Virus record (IMG/VR): IMGVR_UViG_3300016670_000048 | Coordinates: 1 to 64,000 of that record | DNA length: 64,000 bases | Strand: one strand, 5' to 3' | From: a virus | Lineage: Duplodnaviria; Caudoviricetes | In this document: positions 1 to 8,806 of the stretch, one piece after another | Position numbering within the stretch: position 1 is the stretch's first letter | Layout: each line of letters starts with the position of its first letter | Notes under the pieces: generated by a model | Seen by the model: only the letters and a program-made list of their open reading frames with translations | The model's database searches: none | Told to the model about the DNA's origin: nothing | Made by a program: the position numbers and the translations under genes

Positions 1-210
1 CAAGTCCCCTTCCACGCTATCATAAGCCTGCACCTTCGTATTAAACACATATAGCTTCTTTGTCTTCCTGTCTAATTTGTATAGAAGGGTTGTGTCAGAT
101 GCTGGATAGCTGTCTGACTTGAGCCAGATTGTATTGTGTTCAATGTAGGTGCAAATTAAGCGTAGAGAATTAAGTGTGTAGACAGCATCTGTTTTGAATT
201 GGATAGTCAT
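1..210 (-). CDS. hypothetical protein, partial (runs off window start)
   Basis: Read by hand: ATG at 210 after AAAGGA SD; frame MTIQFKTDAVY... is open to base 1. Confidence 0.65.
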   Translation of the reverse strand, partial: MTIQFKTDAVYTLNSLRLICTYIEHNTIWLKSDSYPASDTTLLYKLDRKTKKLYVFNTKVQAYDSVEGDL

Positions 211-248
211 GATTGGTTGTCCTTTAGGACTGTATCCTGAAAAGGTTA

Positions 249-264
249 AAGCCCCGAAGGGCTT
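249..264 (-). terminator. intrinsic terminator, cUUCGg hairpin
   Basis: Minus strand AAGCCC-UUCG-GGGCUU followed by UAACCUUUU, at the stop of 263..523. Confidence 0.75.
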
Positions 265-523
265 ATTTCAGATAACCTTCAATCTGGTTAGGATCACAAG
301 TCATCATCTTACTCAAGTCTGTGCCACGAACACCAGTGAAGCCCATGTTGTGAAGTTGTTTTAGAATAACTTGCTTCTGTTCTTCAGAGAATTTAGCTTC
401 AAAAGTCTTTGTAACAATACGTACTGCACGACTACCTGACACAATGCTAACATTCACTTTAAAGCCAAGAGTCTTCATCGCTTCACGAACTGCTTGGGAA
501 GCTTCTTTAGTGGTAGTGTACAT
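263..523 (-). CDS. hypothetical early protein (86 aa)
   Basis: ORF with GGAGAG SD, directly downstream of a sigma70 promoter. Confidence 0.8.
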   Translation of the reverse strand: MYTTTKEASQAVREAMKTLGFKVNVSIVSGSRAVRIVTKTFEAKFSEEQKQVILKQLHNMGFTGVRGTDLSKMMTCDPNQIEGYLK

Positions 524-561
524 GGTGTCTCTCCAGAAGGTTGTTTGCTTTCAATAGAGCT

Positions 562-590
562 ATATTATTCTGATTCACTAGGCTTTGCAA
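562..590 (-). promoter_or_regulatory. sigma70-type early promoter
   Basis: TTGCAA-N17-TAATAT on minus strand. Confidence 0.65.
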
Positions 591-756
591 GCAATTTCTT
601 CACGTTTTCTAAAGATTTTCTTACGTCCCTGTCAGCCTTTTGAAGCATCAGTGGTGAACTGTCGAATGGTCCTATATCCTGAGCATCTAGGTAGAATAGT
701 TGAATTTCCACTTGACGTGCAAGGTCTTCATATGCTTGTTTCAATCCCTTATGCAT
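565..756 (-). CDS. hypothetical protein (63 aa; start revised from 900)
   Basis: ATG at 756 overlaps the upstream stop (ATGCATAA coupling). Confidence 0.6.
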   Translation of the reverse strand: MHKGLKQAYEDLARQVEIQLFYLDAQDIGPFDSSPLMLQKADRDVRKSLENVKKLLAKPSESE

Positions 757-961
757 TTCTATCATCTTCACAAGGTTCTTTAGGCATTTGCATCCAATGA
801 GTGTAGAATTTAATCTGTTCAGGACGTTGCAAGGATGTCCACTGAATGGCCGTCCAGATGCTATCACCATAGGCCAACACCTGCCCACGTTCATCTGCAT
901 CAGTTTTGGACGGTTGGATTTCGGATGTTTTAAAGTAGTACATCTGTTTGTGTTCGTTCAT
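749..961 (-). CDS. DUF551-like small protein
   Basis: C-terminal THWMQMPKEP motif typical of DUF551; ATGA coupling to upstream ORF. Confidence 0.55.
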   Translation of the reverse strand: MNEHKQMYYFKTSEIQPSKTDADERGQVLAYGDSIWTAIQWTSLQRPEQIKFYTHWMQMPKEPCEDDRNA

Positions 962-1650
962 TCTTCCCTCCAATTCCTTTTACTCTCCCTACTCATCCTC
1001 CAACCTCGCTTAACACAATTACCCTTATTGTGTCGTTCGCTGTGTTCGTCTGGGTAGTGCTCTAGAGAATGTTTGCTAGGACGTTTACGTTCGTATTTTT
1101 GGAATGTGTCTTGTGTGTAGTTCATTTTTACACTGCCTTAATAATGTAGCCGAGAGATTGCGCAAGGTAAAACCCATTACCTACCATAGCTGCTAGTAGA
1201 GTAAACTTCAAAAACACGTTCAACCAAGTACTACCTTTCCAGATAAGACCAAGGAAAGCAAATACAATAAAATTAAAACTCATCAGTAAAATCATTTCCT
1301 TCTCCTTAGCTCAATGTTTGGCACTATGTGCTTGTACAGCATTAACAATTACGTTCCAGACCTTCCCCTCACTGCGGTACAGCTTGAAGCTAAGGAATCC
1401 TTGTGAGATGAGGTGTTCGATCTTTAACAGTGCGGAATCTAAGTTGTTGTGTTGGCTGCTCATGTTAAATACTCTTTTCTATTTCAATAGTCTCTCTGAT
1501 TGCATCAACACTGACGTGCAAGGCCAATGTTTCCATCATAATTGCAAGCTCTTGTAGCTGATCAATAGTCAGAGAGATATCAACGATAACGTCTTCACTG
1601 GTAGACAGGGTATGAAAGGCTTTTGCCCACTGCATTGGAGACTTATTCAT
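958..1650 (-). other. four tiny coupled ORFs: 958..1125, 1128..1295 (two hydrophobic segments), 1311..1463, 1465..1650
   Basis: Hand translation; each has an SD-like element and abuts its neighbour. Confidence 0.6.
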
Positions 1651-1651
1651 G

Positions 1652-2377
1652 TTACACCTCTTTAAGAGTCTGGTAGTAGGCTTTCACCTTATGCTTGAAT
1701 TCTACAAGCTTTCTAGTGGCCTTGCAAGTGACTTGAAGAATCTTTTTAAAAGAATTTCCGCTGGACAAACTATCGATCCAAACCACACCAATTTCTTCAT
1801 ATTCCTCTGAAGCATATCCGTCATTAGGTTCAGGGCTAAAGTAGTTTGTGTAGAGTGTTTCTGCCGTGTCTTCAGGCATTTGTACAGGCTTTTGAGCTAC
1901 GGCTTTGCGATACAACACTTCAGCACGTTGAAGCTTCGCTACCAGACAATCCCTCAAAAGGCTGTACTTTTCTATCGACATCTCTTTGTTGCGGTAGCTC
2001 TGTTCCAGTTCAATCATCTGACTGCGTAACGTATTCAATCGTTTTTTCTGTGGAAGTATTTTGTCTTCAATGCTTACTTTAGTGACTGGTTTGCGAACTG
2101 GTGTAGGATCGGCATAAGCGAGCAAATTCGCTTTACCATTTGGTAATGTGTGGGCAAGATTTGCAGTGTCATTGACTGCATACATATCTTGTGGGATTTC
2201 TTCAGTCGGACGAATTTGTTTACGGAGGTGCCAATAGTCGTGACCACTGAGCGACCTTGTGAGATGAGTGGCCTCAGACTTCCACTGTCTACCATTCCTC
2301 GACAAACCTTGCCAGTCATCGTAATCACCTTGAAGGGTGCTATCACCATAGCCGCTACGTCCTTTGGATTGCCACAT
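1652..2377 (-). CDS. hypothetical protein (241 aa, central coiled coil)
   Basis: Long ORF with GAGGTG SD, downstream of the promoter at 2415-2443. Confidence 0.85.
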   Translation of the reverse strand: MWQSKGRSGYGDSTLQGDYDDWQGLSRNGRQWKSEATHLTRSLSGHDYWHLRKQIRPTEEIPQDMYAVNDTANLAHTLPNGKANLLAYADPTPVRKPVTKVSIEDKILPQKKRLNTLRSQMIELEQSYRNKEMSIEKYSLLRDCLVAKLQRAEVLYRKAVAQKPVQMPEDTAETLYTNYFSPEPNDGYASEEYEEIGVVWIDSLSSGNSFKKILQVTCKATRKLVEFKHKVKAYYQTLKEV

Positions 2378-2414
2378 TTCACACCTCTAATCTGTTTCTT
2401 GTTTCGATGTGATG

Positions 2415-2452
2415 ATTCTAACCCAACGAAAACAGGCCGTCAAGCGGCCTGT
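2415..2452 (-). promoter_or_regulatory. sigma70 promoter overlapping a terminator hairpin
   Basis: TTGACG-N17-TAGAAT; 8-bp stem ACAGGCCG/CGGCCTGT plus U tract encloses most of the -35 box. Confidence 0.75.
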
Positions 2453-2456
2453 AAGG

Positions 2457-3762
2457 TTATTTATCAAGTTTTTCGTCTGGATACCAAATTGTAACCTCAG
2501 TCCACCATGTGTCCGATGTCCAATACTCTTTAATCTCAAAAGGTGTGCCCGCCATCTTTGCACGAATACATGCATCACGTAACACCTCTTCATTCTTGCT
2601 ATGACGAGTGACTTTGCTTGTTACTTTCATTTGCTTTTCCTCACCAATTCACGCAAAAGGTCAAGTTCTTCTTGACGTTCTCTGTCTTGCTGACGTTTAC
2701 GTTTGTTACCAGCACTCACTGCACAGCATAGCCAGACAAGTGCCCATGGGAAGAAAATTAAGGTAAGAATCGCATGAATCAGGTGCCAGAACGCATTCAT
2801 TTCTTTGTCTCCACTTTAAGTGATTCAATCAATTTATTAGCTTTCACTATAACAGCATCTTCACTCATGTCAACATATGTAATCTGTGGAAGCAAATCAA
2901 TAACATCCTGTAAAGCCTTGACAAGACGCTTTGTAGATGTCTTGGTTGTTTTGTATTGTGTGGTCATGTCATTTGCCTGCCTTGAGCCTTTGGATAACAC
3001 ACTCAAGCTGATAGATAGTGCTTATGTCGAGGTCTAGACTGTCTTTGTGAATGACTAGGTTCACACCATTAAAGTCAATACCGACCTCACCAAACCTTGT
3101 CTTAGCCGCCTCGGCTTTAGCATAAGCAATAGCATTATAGATGCTCATTCCTTTTGGTACATCTATCAGCATTTCCCATCCTCCAAAACATACTCAAAGT
3201 AAACAGTCCAGCCATCCACACCACTAGCCCGAAACATATGAACACCCTTGTCAGTGGTGCGAGAGATTTCACCAAACGCATTCATGTGAAACCAATACTC
3301 TTCCCCAGCCTTGAAGGCCACTTCACCAGTGTTCATAACGACAGATGTGTGACACTTGAGCTTGATCATTTTGATCTCTCCTAAAAATTATTAAGTAATT
3401 CAGATCGAATTACTGTGTCAATGATTTCCAGATCTTGGTTGTATTTATTTGCACAAGTTCCGGGTGCGATGTCTTGTTCACGAGGCTTTACAACAGAAAG
3501 TGCATAGTCATCTTCTAGAGCTACCAACCAGACAGGTTTGTTGTGGAAGTTAACAAACCAAACCAAGCTCTCCCAAACTGCATTAAATTGTTCTAATGTT
3601 CTCATGTTACACCTCTTCAGCAAAGTGAGCTTTGACTATATATCGAACAGCTCCATACTTCAAGTCAAGACGATCAGCCTGTTTACGAGCACGGCTGCGG
3701 TTGTCATAGACTTTGCCGACTTGAGCTTTGGTCTGAATGTCGATAATAGTGTAAGTGGTCAT
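2457..3762 (-). other. run of small coupled ORFs: 2457..2630, 2627..2800 (membrane), 2797..2967, 2969..3172, 3166..3369, 3381..3605, 3607..3762
   Basis: ORF track plus hand translation; SD motifs and stop/start overlaps. Confidence 0.65.
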
Positions 3763-3811
3763 GTCCGTATTCCTTTGGCTTGAGAAGCTTTTTGCTTCCC
3801 TCTTGTTTTCA

Positions 3812-3839
3812 AGTATAGAGGTTTGGCTGAGCTTGTCAA
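3812..3839 (-). promoter_or_regulatory. sigma70-type early promoter
   Basis: TTGACA-N16-TATACT. Confidence 0.7.
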
Positions 3840-3843
3840 GCAT

Positions 3844-4026
3844 TTATTTCCACCCAATCCCTAAATCTTTCGCTACACGTCTGCACAAATCACCTAACGA
3901 TTTCGAATGTGCAACCACTTCTTTCCCGTCTCGAAGCTCCCATTGGTTTTCTCTCAAGTCTTTTGTGACAGAGAAGCCTGAGCTAGTGAGTTGAGATAGG
4001 ATGTGGCTAGAGAATGTTGATTTCAT
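3844..4026 (-). CDS. hypothetical protein (60 aa)
   Basis: ORF in early operon. Confidence 0.65.
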   Translation of the reverse strand: MKSTFSSHILSQLTSSGFSVTKDLRENQWELRDGKEVVAHSKSLGDLCRRVAKDLGIGWK

Positions 4027-4028
4027 TA

Positions 4029-4238
4029 TTAATCAACCTTACGTTTTACAAACAAAAGTGTGCCGTCTTCCAACCATTCATACATTCCGTAGAGCTTTTC
4101 ACCGTCGTAAGCCTTACCATTAGCAAAAGTAAGACGATCAATGTGACAGGTTGGAATGTGGTAAACCTCTGATAGAGAGTTCAATACAGCACCAATGCTG
4201 CCTGATTTGTAGTTGCCGTATGGCCCATTGATATTCAT
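4029..4238 (-). CDS. hypothetical protein (69 aa)
   Basis: First ORF after the promoter at 4274-4302. Confidence 0.75.
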   Translation of the reverse strand: MNINGPYGNYKSGSIGAVLNSLSEVYHIPTCHIDRLTFANGKAYDGEKLYGMYEWLEDGTLLFVKRKVD

Positions 4239-4273
4239 GTCTCTAATTCCTGTGTTTGTCTTTGATGTCTTGA

Positions 4274-4302
4274 ATTCTATAGCTCAGAGCACAACCTGTC
4301 AA
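4274..4302 (-). promoter_or_regulatory. strong sigma70 early promoter
   Basis: TTGACA-N17-TAGAAT with AT-rich upstream element. Confidence 0.85.
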
Positions 4303-4332
4303 CCACATTTCTTAAATTATTTTCTTACAGGC

Positions 4333-4363
4333 AAAGAAAAAGCCTCTTGGTTAGAGAGGCTTT
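4333..4363 (-). terminator. intrinsic terminator
   Basis: AAAGCCTCT/AGAGGCTTT stem followed by TTCTTT. Confidence 0.8.
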
Positions 4364-4371
4364 AGTATAGA

Positions 4372-4587
4372 TCAGATATAAGTCTCTACATTCTCTTCAA
4401 CATAGCTTCCAAACTCGTTAGCCTCGTATCCTTGTGTGAAGCCTACACAATTACCCTCCTCTCCATTCCACTCTGTATAACCCTCTCCATCAACCGGACC
4501 AGCTACACAAGGTACACCGTCAGGAAACATTGCTTTGTTATTGAGGGATTTTTCACCGAAGTAGAAGGTGTGGGTTGGCTTGAACAT
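4372..4587 (-). CDS. hypothetical acidic protein (71 aa)
   Basis: AAGGAG SD; single-gene promoter-to-terminator cassette. Confidence 0.8.
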   Translation of the reverse strand: MFKPTHTFYFGEKSLNNKAMFPDGVPCVAGPVDGEGYTEWNGEEGNCVGFTQGYEANEFGSYVEENVETYI

Positions 4588-4623
4588 GGTGTTTCTCCTT
4601 ACTGTTTTGGTTTGTATGGATAG

Positions 4624-4652
4624 ATAGTAAAGTGTTGGAGATAATCTGTCAA
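4624..4652 (-). promoter_or_regulatory. strong sigma70 early promoter
   Basis: TTGACA-N17-TACTAT. Confidence 0.85.
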
Positions 4653-4673
4653 CAACTATTTTGAAAATACAGA

Positions 4674-4706
4674 TAAATAAAAAGCCACCCGTTGAGAGGT
4701 GGCTTT
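4674..4706 (-). terminator. intrinsic terminator
   Basis: AAAGCCACC/GGTGGCTTT stem plus TTATTT. Confidence 0.8.
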
Positions 4707-4714
4707 GGTGTACA

Positions 4715-4918
4715 TCAATTCTGCCTAGCGATGCTACGGAAGGCTTCTTGCAGAGTCTTTTTCATTCGATGTTTCCCATCAACACGTTGGACCATGTAGC
4801 CCTGTTTTGACTTGATGATCAACCCCTTGAAGTTCCCAGCAACATCGAACACACGTCTTGTCGAATTGCCGCTGATGGGGCTGAACTCGCCTTTAACAGC
4901 TTTCACTTGATTAGCCAT
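4715..4918 (-). CDS. hypothetical basic protein (67 aa)
   Basis: K/R-rich ORF with AGGGGT SD, after a long structured leader. Confidence 0.75.
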   Translation of the reverse strand: MANQVKAVKGEFSPISGNSTRRVFDVAGNFKGLIIKSKQGYMVQRVDGKHRMKKTLQEAFRSIARQN

Positions 4919-5040
4919 GATATTTACCCCTATAGGACTTAGGCTTTAAGGATGGGGAACACACGATTGCATTCCCTTTCTCTCTACATATTTCCGCTTC
5001 GGAGGAGAGGACTCATGTCTGTTGTCCCCTTCTTGTGTGA
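4919..5040 (-). ncRNA. candidate structured 5' leader RNA
   Basis: About 120-nt gap between promoter and gene with several visible stems, some mutually exclusive. Confidence 0.4.
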
Positions 5041-5043
5041 TTA

Positions 5044-5072
5044 ATACTAAGGCATTAGCTCATGGCTGTCAA
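5044..5072 (-). promoter_or_regulatory. strong sigma70 early promoter
   Basis: TTGACA-N17-TAGTAT. Confidence 0.85.
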
Positions 5073-5092
5073 CCCTCATCACACAATATTTT

Positions 5093-5353
5093 TCAATCAG
5101 CATAAATCAATGATTCGCCTACCAATTTTTCTTCAATCTGCCCACAATCTTGGTAATATTTCTTGTCTTCATCGTTGTCAAATTCATAGCTGTCATCCAC
5201 CCAAAGGTGTTGGTCAAGGTGTATCACCAAAGCATCTTTGCTATGAGCCAATGCTGACAAACAATCGCTACGAGCTTCACTGTGAGCAAAGGATTCGATA
5301 GCTTGCTTGATTTGCAGAACGTTTAAGTCAATGTTGTTAGTGATAGCGTTCAT
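5093..5353 (-). CDS. hypothetical acidic protein (86 aa)
   Basis: GGAG SD after CA-rich leader; weak upstream promoter TTGCAA-N16-TAAGCT (5417-5444). Confidence 0.75.
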   Translation of the reverse strand: MNAITNNIDLNVLQIKQAIESFAHSEARSDCLSALAHSKDALVIHLDQHLWVDDSYEFDNDEDKKYYQDCGQIEEKLVGESLIYAD

Positions 5354-5458
5354 TTTATGTGTGCTCCGTTGTGTTGTGTGTCGTTTGTGAAGCAGATTTG
5401 TCTCCCTCTGTTTACAAGCTTATCTTAAGCGCAGCGGATTGCAAGGAGGATTTTAAAA

Positions 5459-5866
5459 TTATTTTGAACTTTTTGCTAGTGCAGCATCTGCATCGAACAT
5501 GGCATAGTAGAGCCGGTGAAAAATTGCACAGGTTGGATCTTCGTGGTTGTCCCCACCATTTTCATCAACGCTATCAATGCAAGGTGAATAGCTACTAGCC
5601 AAACGTTCACAATCCAGAACAACATCTCGAAAGCCGGAGAATGCTTTAGCCAAAGCAGCCAGACGTTTTTCAGAGTCGTTCCAAGCCTCTTCTAAAGCTT
5701 CGCTACTAGCTTTATATAAATCTCGCTCTGGCGTAAGGATCGAAAGCTCCTCACGAAGATCGTCGCGCTCTGCAACAAGTTTGTCAATGTTCTCCGCATG
5801 TTCTTTAGAGACAACACGAAACTCTTCAGCATCTTCTGTCATAACCTTATCTCCCATTATTCCCAT
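5459..5866 (-). CDS. hypothetical coiled-coil protein
   Basis: 135-aa ORF with heptad-like central region. Confidence 0.75.
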   Translation of the reverse strand: MGIMGDKVMTEDAEEFRVVSKEHAENIDKLVAERDDLREELSILTPERDLYKASSEALEEAWNDSEKRLAALAKAFSGFRDVVLDCERLASSYSPCIDSVDENGGDNHEDPTCAIFHRLYYAMFDADAALAKSSK

Positions 5867-5869
5867 CTA

Positions 5870-6124
5870 TTAAAACATCCCAGTGATGGCATGCCACTTT
5901 TCTTCTACGAATTGTACACCGTTATAATAGTTTTTCTCACTCTCTTCAGTGATCAATGCATAAGCGTAAGTCCAAGGATTTAGCCACTGCTCTAAAGCAG
6001 CAACACTATTCAGATTGCATGCATTGACAGCATCTCGCAATGCTTCCTTGAAATCTTCTGTCTCGCTTGTCTCATCCAAAGCTTTCTCTAGCTGAGTCTT
6101 TAGGATTTCTAGCGGGTTTGTCAT
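5870..6124 (-). CDS. hypothetical protein (84 aa)
   Basis: ORF coupled to neighbours. Confidence 0.7.
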   Translation of the reverse strand: MTNPLEILKTQLEKALDETSETEDFKEALRDAVNACNLNSVAALEQWLNPWTYAYALITEESEKNYYNGVQFVEEKWHAITGMF

Positions 6125-6339
6125 TTATTTCTCTCCAGTTTATTCCAACGCTTAACGATAGCTGTCTCAGAACATTCATGCTGAAGCTTGAATTCACAAT
6201 CACAGCACTGTACCCAAGATGCACACCACGTGCTGTCTATATCCAAATCTATCGATTGACATTCAGGGCATGGTTTAGGTTTCGGTTCTGACACAAAATT
6301 TCTCCTAATAATTCCTATTAATATATCCAACACAAGCAT
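6121..6339 (-). CDS. Lar-like (restriction alleviation family) zinc-ribbon protein
   Basis: PKPCPEC...VQCCDC...AIVKRWN matches the Lar family pattern. Confidence 0.55.
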   Translation of the reverse strand: MLVLDILIGIIRRNFVSEPKPKPCPECQSIDLDIDSTWCASWVQCCDCEFKLQHECSETAIVKRWNKLERNK

Positions 6340-6493
6340 AGATCATCGAAACAATAAACACAAGCACAATCGCTGAAATAAATGTTGCTACATTTCCAAA
6401 GATTACTTTCAACAAGATGAACATACAGCCAATGATGAGAATTGTACAGAAGAGAATAGAGAAAATTGTAAGGAAATCTTTTAGGAATTTCAT
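6305..6493 (-). CDS. small membrane protein (2 TM)
   Basis: Two long hydrophobic segments. Confidence 0.65.
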   Translation of the reverse strand: MKFLKDFLTIFSILFCTILIIGCMFILLKVIFGNVATFISAIVLVFIVSMIYACVGYINRNY

Positions 6494-6502
6494 GGCTGTG
6501 GC

Positions 6503-6814
6503 CTAATTCACTTCATAGATTGGAGAACGTAGGGTTTGCATGAGTTCTGTGTAAGATAGCTCACTTGGCTCTTGGCGTTTACGTAAAGAGCTTTCTGCCC
6601 AAATAATCTCTCTGCCCCTATCTGGTTCTATAAATGGGGTGCAAAGTATATATCCCCTACCTTTGCCGGTGTTATAAAAGGTTCGCTGTGTAAGTCTGCA
6701 TGTGAACTGCTCACCTTCATTGATTATATTCTCTACAGTGTATTCTCCATTATGCTGAGGCATGCTTTTGCTTTGTAGTATAACTAACTCACCAATTGAG
6801 AATTTAGCGTTCAT
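6503..6814 (-). CDS. hypothetical phage protein (SH3-like N-terminus)
   Basis: KFSIGELVILQS...WAESSLRK pattern; GAGG SD. Confidence 0.75.
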   Translation of the reverse strand: MNAKFSIGELVILQSKSMPQHNGEYTVENIINEGEQFTCRLTQRTFYNTGKGRGYILCTPFIEPDRGREIIWAESSLRKRQEPSELSYTELMQTLRSPIYEVN

Positions 6815-8179
6815 TTATTCATCCTCATAGTAAAACTTTACTTTAAGCTTCCCATCAAGATTATGAAATTCTTCCCAAGAATTGTCTCCATGTTTTTCTT
6901 GCCAATAATCTGCAACAACATCTTGCAAAGCTTCGCCATACCGATCCAAGGCGATTTCATAATACTCAACCAAATCTTCACGTTTAGCATTCATTCCGGT
7001 TTCTCCTTAGAATAGTTCAGTTCACTTTCTTTCAAATAATGCTTCGTTCGGCGTAGGTTGTCAAAGAACACGTATAAACCTGTTTCAACATCAAGGCCTA
7101 TTTCAAATCCCTTTACCCAATCACCCTGAACAAGACCCCATGCTTCGTACATAACTTCTGACCTATACATTTTCTTTATCTTTGATAAGAGGGTTGTTCA
7201 ATACAAATTCTTCACATGCAGCTAGCCAGACGAAGCGTGCTTCTCGCAAGTTTTGCTTAGCTGTGATTAGTGCAGTGCTGTTATCCAAAGAACTTTTACA
7301 GGTTTTATAGTGCTTTTCTGCCTGTCTCAGACGTTCTAGCAACTCAGTTAACTCGTTCATCACATCTCCTAATTCTGTGGCTTTTCTACATGAATTCTCT
7401 GCATGCAATGTGTCTTGAATGCTTGAGCAAGGATAACAGCTTCTTTGCGAGAATTGGCTTGGATTGAGCCTTGCGGGATGTTGTTTATACTGATGGTATA
7501 AGTGATCATTTGTCATCTCCTTTCAAAGTAAATTTATCGTTATTCTTACAGTAAGCAGTAATCTCCTTAGAACCAGAATTAATTTTGTAAATCCCTTCAC
7601 TAGACTTACACAGGTTGTTAGCTTCAAGAATCTGTTTCTGGGTAACGTCATTAGTGCCATTAAGATTTCCTGTGACGATACCAAACCCAAAAATTGCTGC
7701 CAAGAAACAGATAACCGCAAAACCTTCCATCACTTCTCTCCCATTGCTTTCAAGATGGCCTGATTAATTTCTTCACTAGAAGATTTGGTGTTCCCAATCA
7801 CTTCAAAGAAGTCTTTCCAAGATTCTGACAAGTCATCCCATTCAACCTGACTGGCAGCTACAAATGCTGTCCACTTCAAGCTATCCTGAATTTGTTCAGC
7901 AGATGGGCGTTTGGATACTGAAACTGTTTTAGATTTAGCTGCCATTACAAATACTCCTTAGACAATTAACTGGGGAAAACCAAGAGGGTGTTCAGACGAA
8001 TCGATATAGATCGGGCCTTCCCAAGAACCCGATACCAAACCCGGAAGATTGTTTGTAGCTTGTAGATTTTTCACATGCTCCCTAAGAGAGAACATTGAAC
8101 TATGCTCAACCCACTCAAGATCTCCTTCGTAACCCCATTTACCACTTGGTTTGAAATAAAGCAGTTTAATTTTGCTCAT
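6811..8179 (-). other. run of small ORFs incl. ~6811..6993, 7163..7360, 7369..7509, 7506..7733 (N-terminal TM), 7730..7945, 7958..8179
   Basis: ORF track plus hand-revised starts behind SD motifs. Confidence 0.6.
7036..7064 (-). promoter_or_regulatory. sigma70-type early promoter
   Basis: TTGACA-N17-CATTAT. Confidence 0.65.
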
Positions 8180-8216
8180 AACATTCTCCTCATAAATATT
8201 GTCTTTCTGTGTTTGT

Positions 8217-8245
8217 ATTGTGGACGGTTGTGGAGCATCTGTCAA
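8217..8245 (-). promoter_or_regulatory. sigma70-type early promoter
   Basis: TTGACA-N17-CACAAT. Confidence 0.65.
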
Positions 8246-8805
8246 GGAGAAATGATGGCAACTCGCCTAAAATCTCTACGAAAACTGCCGTGATCAAACG
8301 GATAAGGAAGCTTCATCCAGACGAAACAAGGTGTAATTTTGTACACTTTTCCTACATAGAGATAAGAACCGTTATCAGCTCCAAAGACGACAGTATCCTC
8401 CACTCGTATTTGTTTATTGTTTACGTCTAGCGGTAGATTAGGAAGCATTATTTTTCTCCTCATTAGAAATAAACCACTTACAGCCATCGTTAGGACTCTT
8501 GCACGTTACCACCATACATAAGAATGCCTGATACTTCGGCAAAGGTGGGCGTGTGTATCTCTCACAAGATTGTTTGGCGTTGCAGCCTGTGCCTTCACAT
8601 TTGATCGATGCGCTCATTCTGTCAAATCTCCTTTAAATACAAAACAATGTTCACAAGCATAGACAAACAATCGCTGTTCAGTTCTATCTGATGGACAATC
8701 GCGTTCAAATGGGTGTTCTGTTGACTTAGCTTGAAGGCCTGCTGTCACCAACTCTTTACCACAAGCTGTGCAGATTGGTGTAATTTTAATATTAATTGTG
8801 TGCAT
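8242..8805 (-). other. three small ORFs: 8242..8448, 8438..8617 (Cys-rich), 8614..8805 (CxxC...CxxC zinc ribbon)
   Basis: Hand translation; coupled stops and starts. Confidence 0.6.
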
Positions 8806-8806
8806 T

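Noticed and set aside
4984-5030. Hammerhead-like look of ...AUGAGUCC... in the structured leader
   Set aside because: The CUGANGA and GAAA core is not present in the right arrangement.
5354-5412. CA-rich leader with two GGA motifs as an RsmA/CsrA sponge
   Set aside because: Only two GGA sites, one being the SD; too few for an RsmY/Z-like RNA.
7958-8245. ORF-track N-terminal extensions (e.g. 8245, 7516, 3843, 900, 10721)
   Set aside because: They run through promoters or upstream genes; internal ATGs with SDs are better starts.
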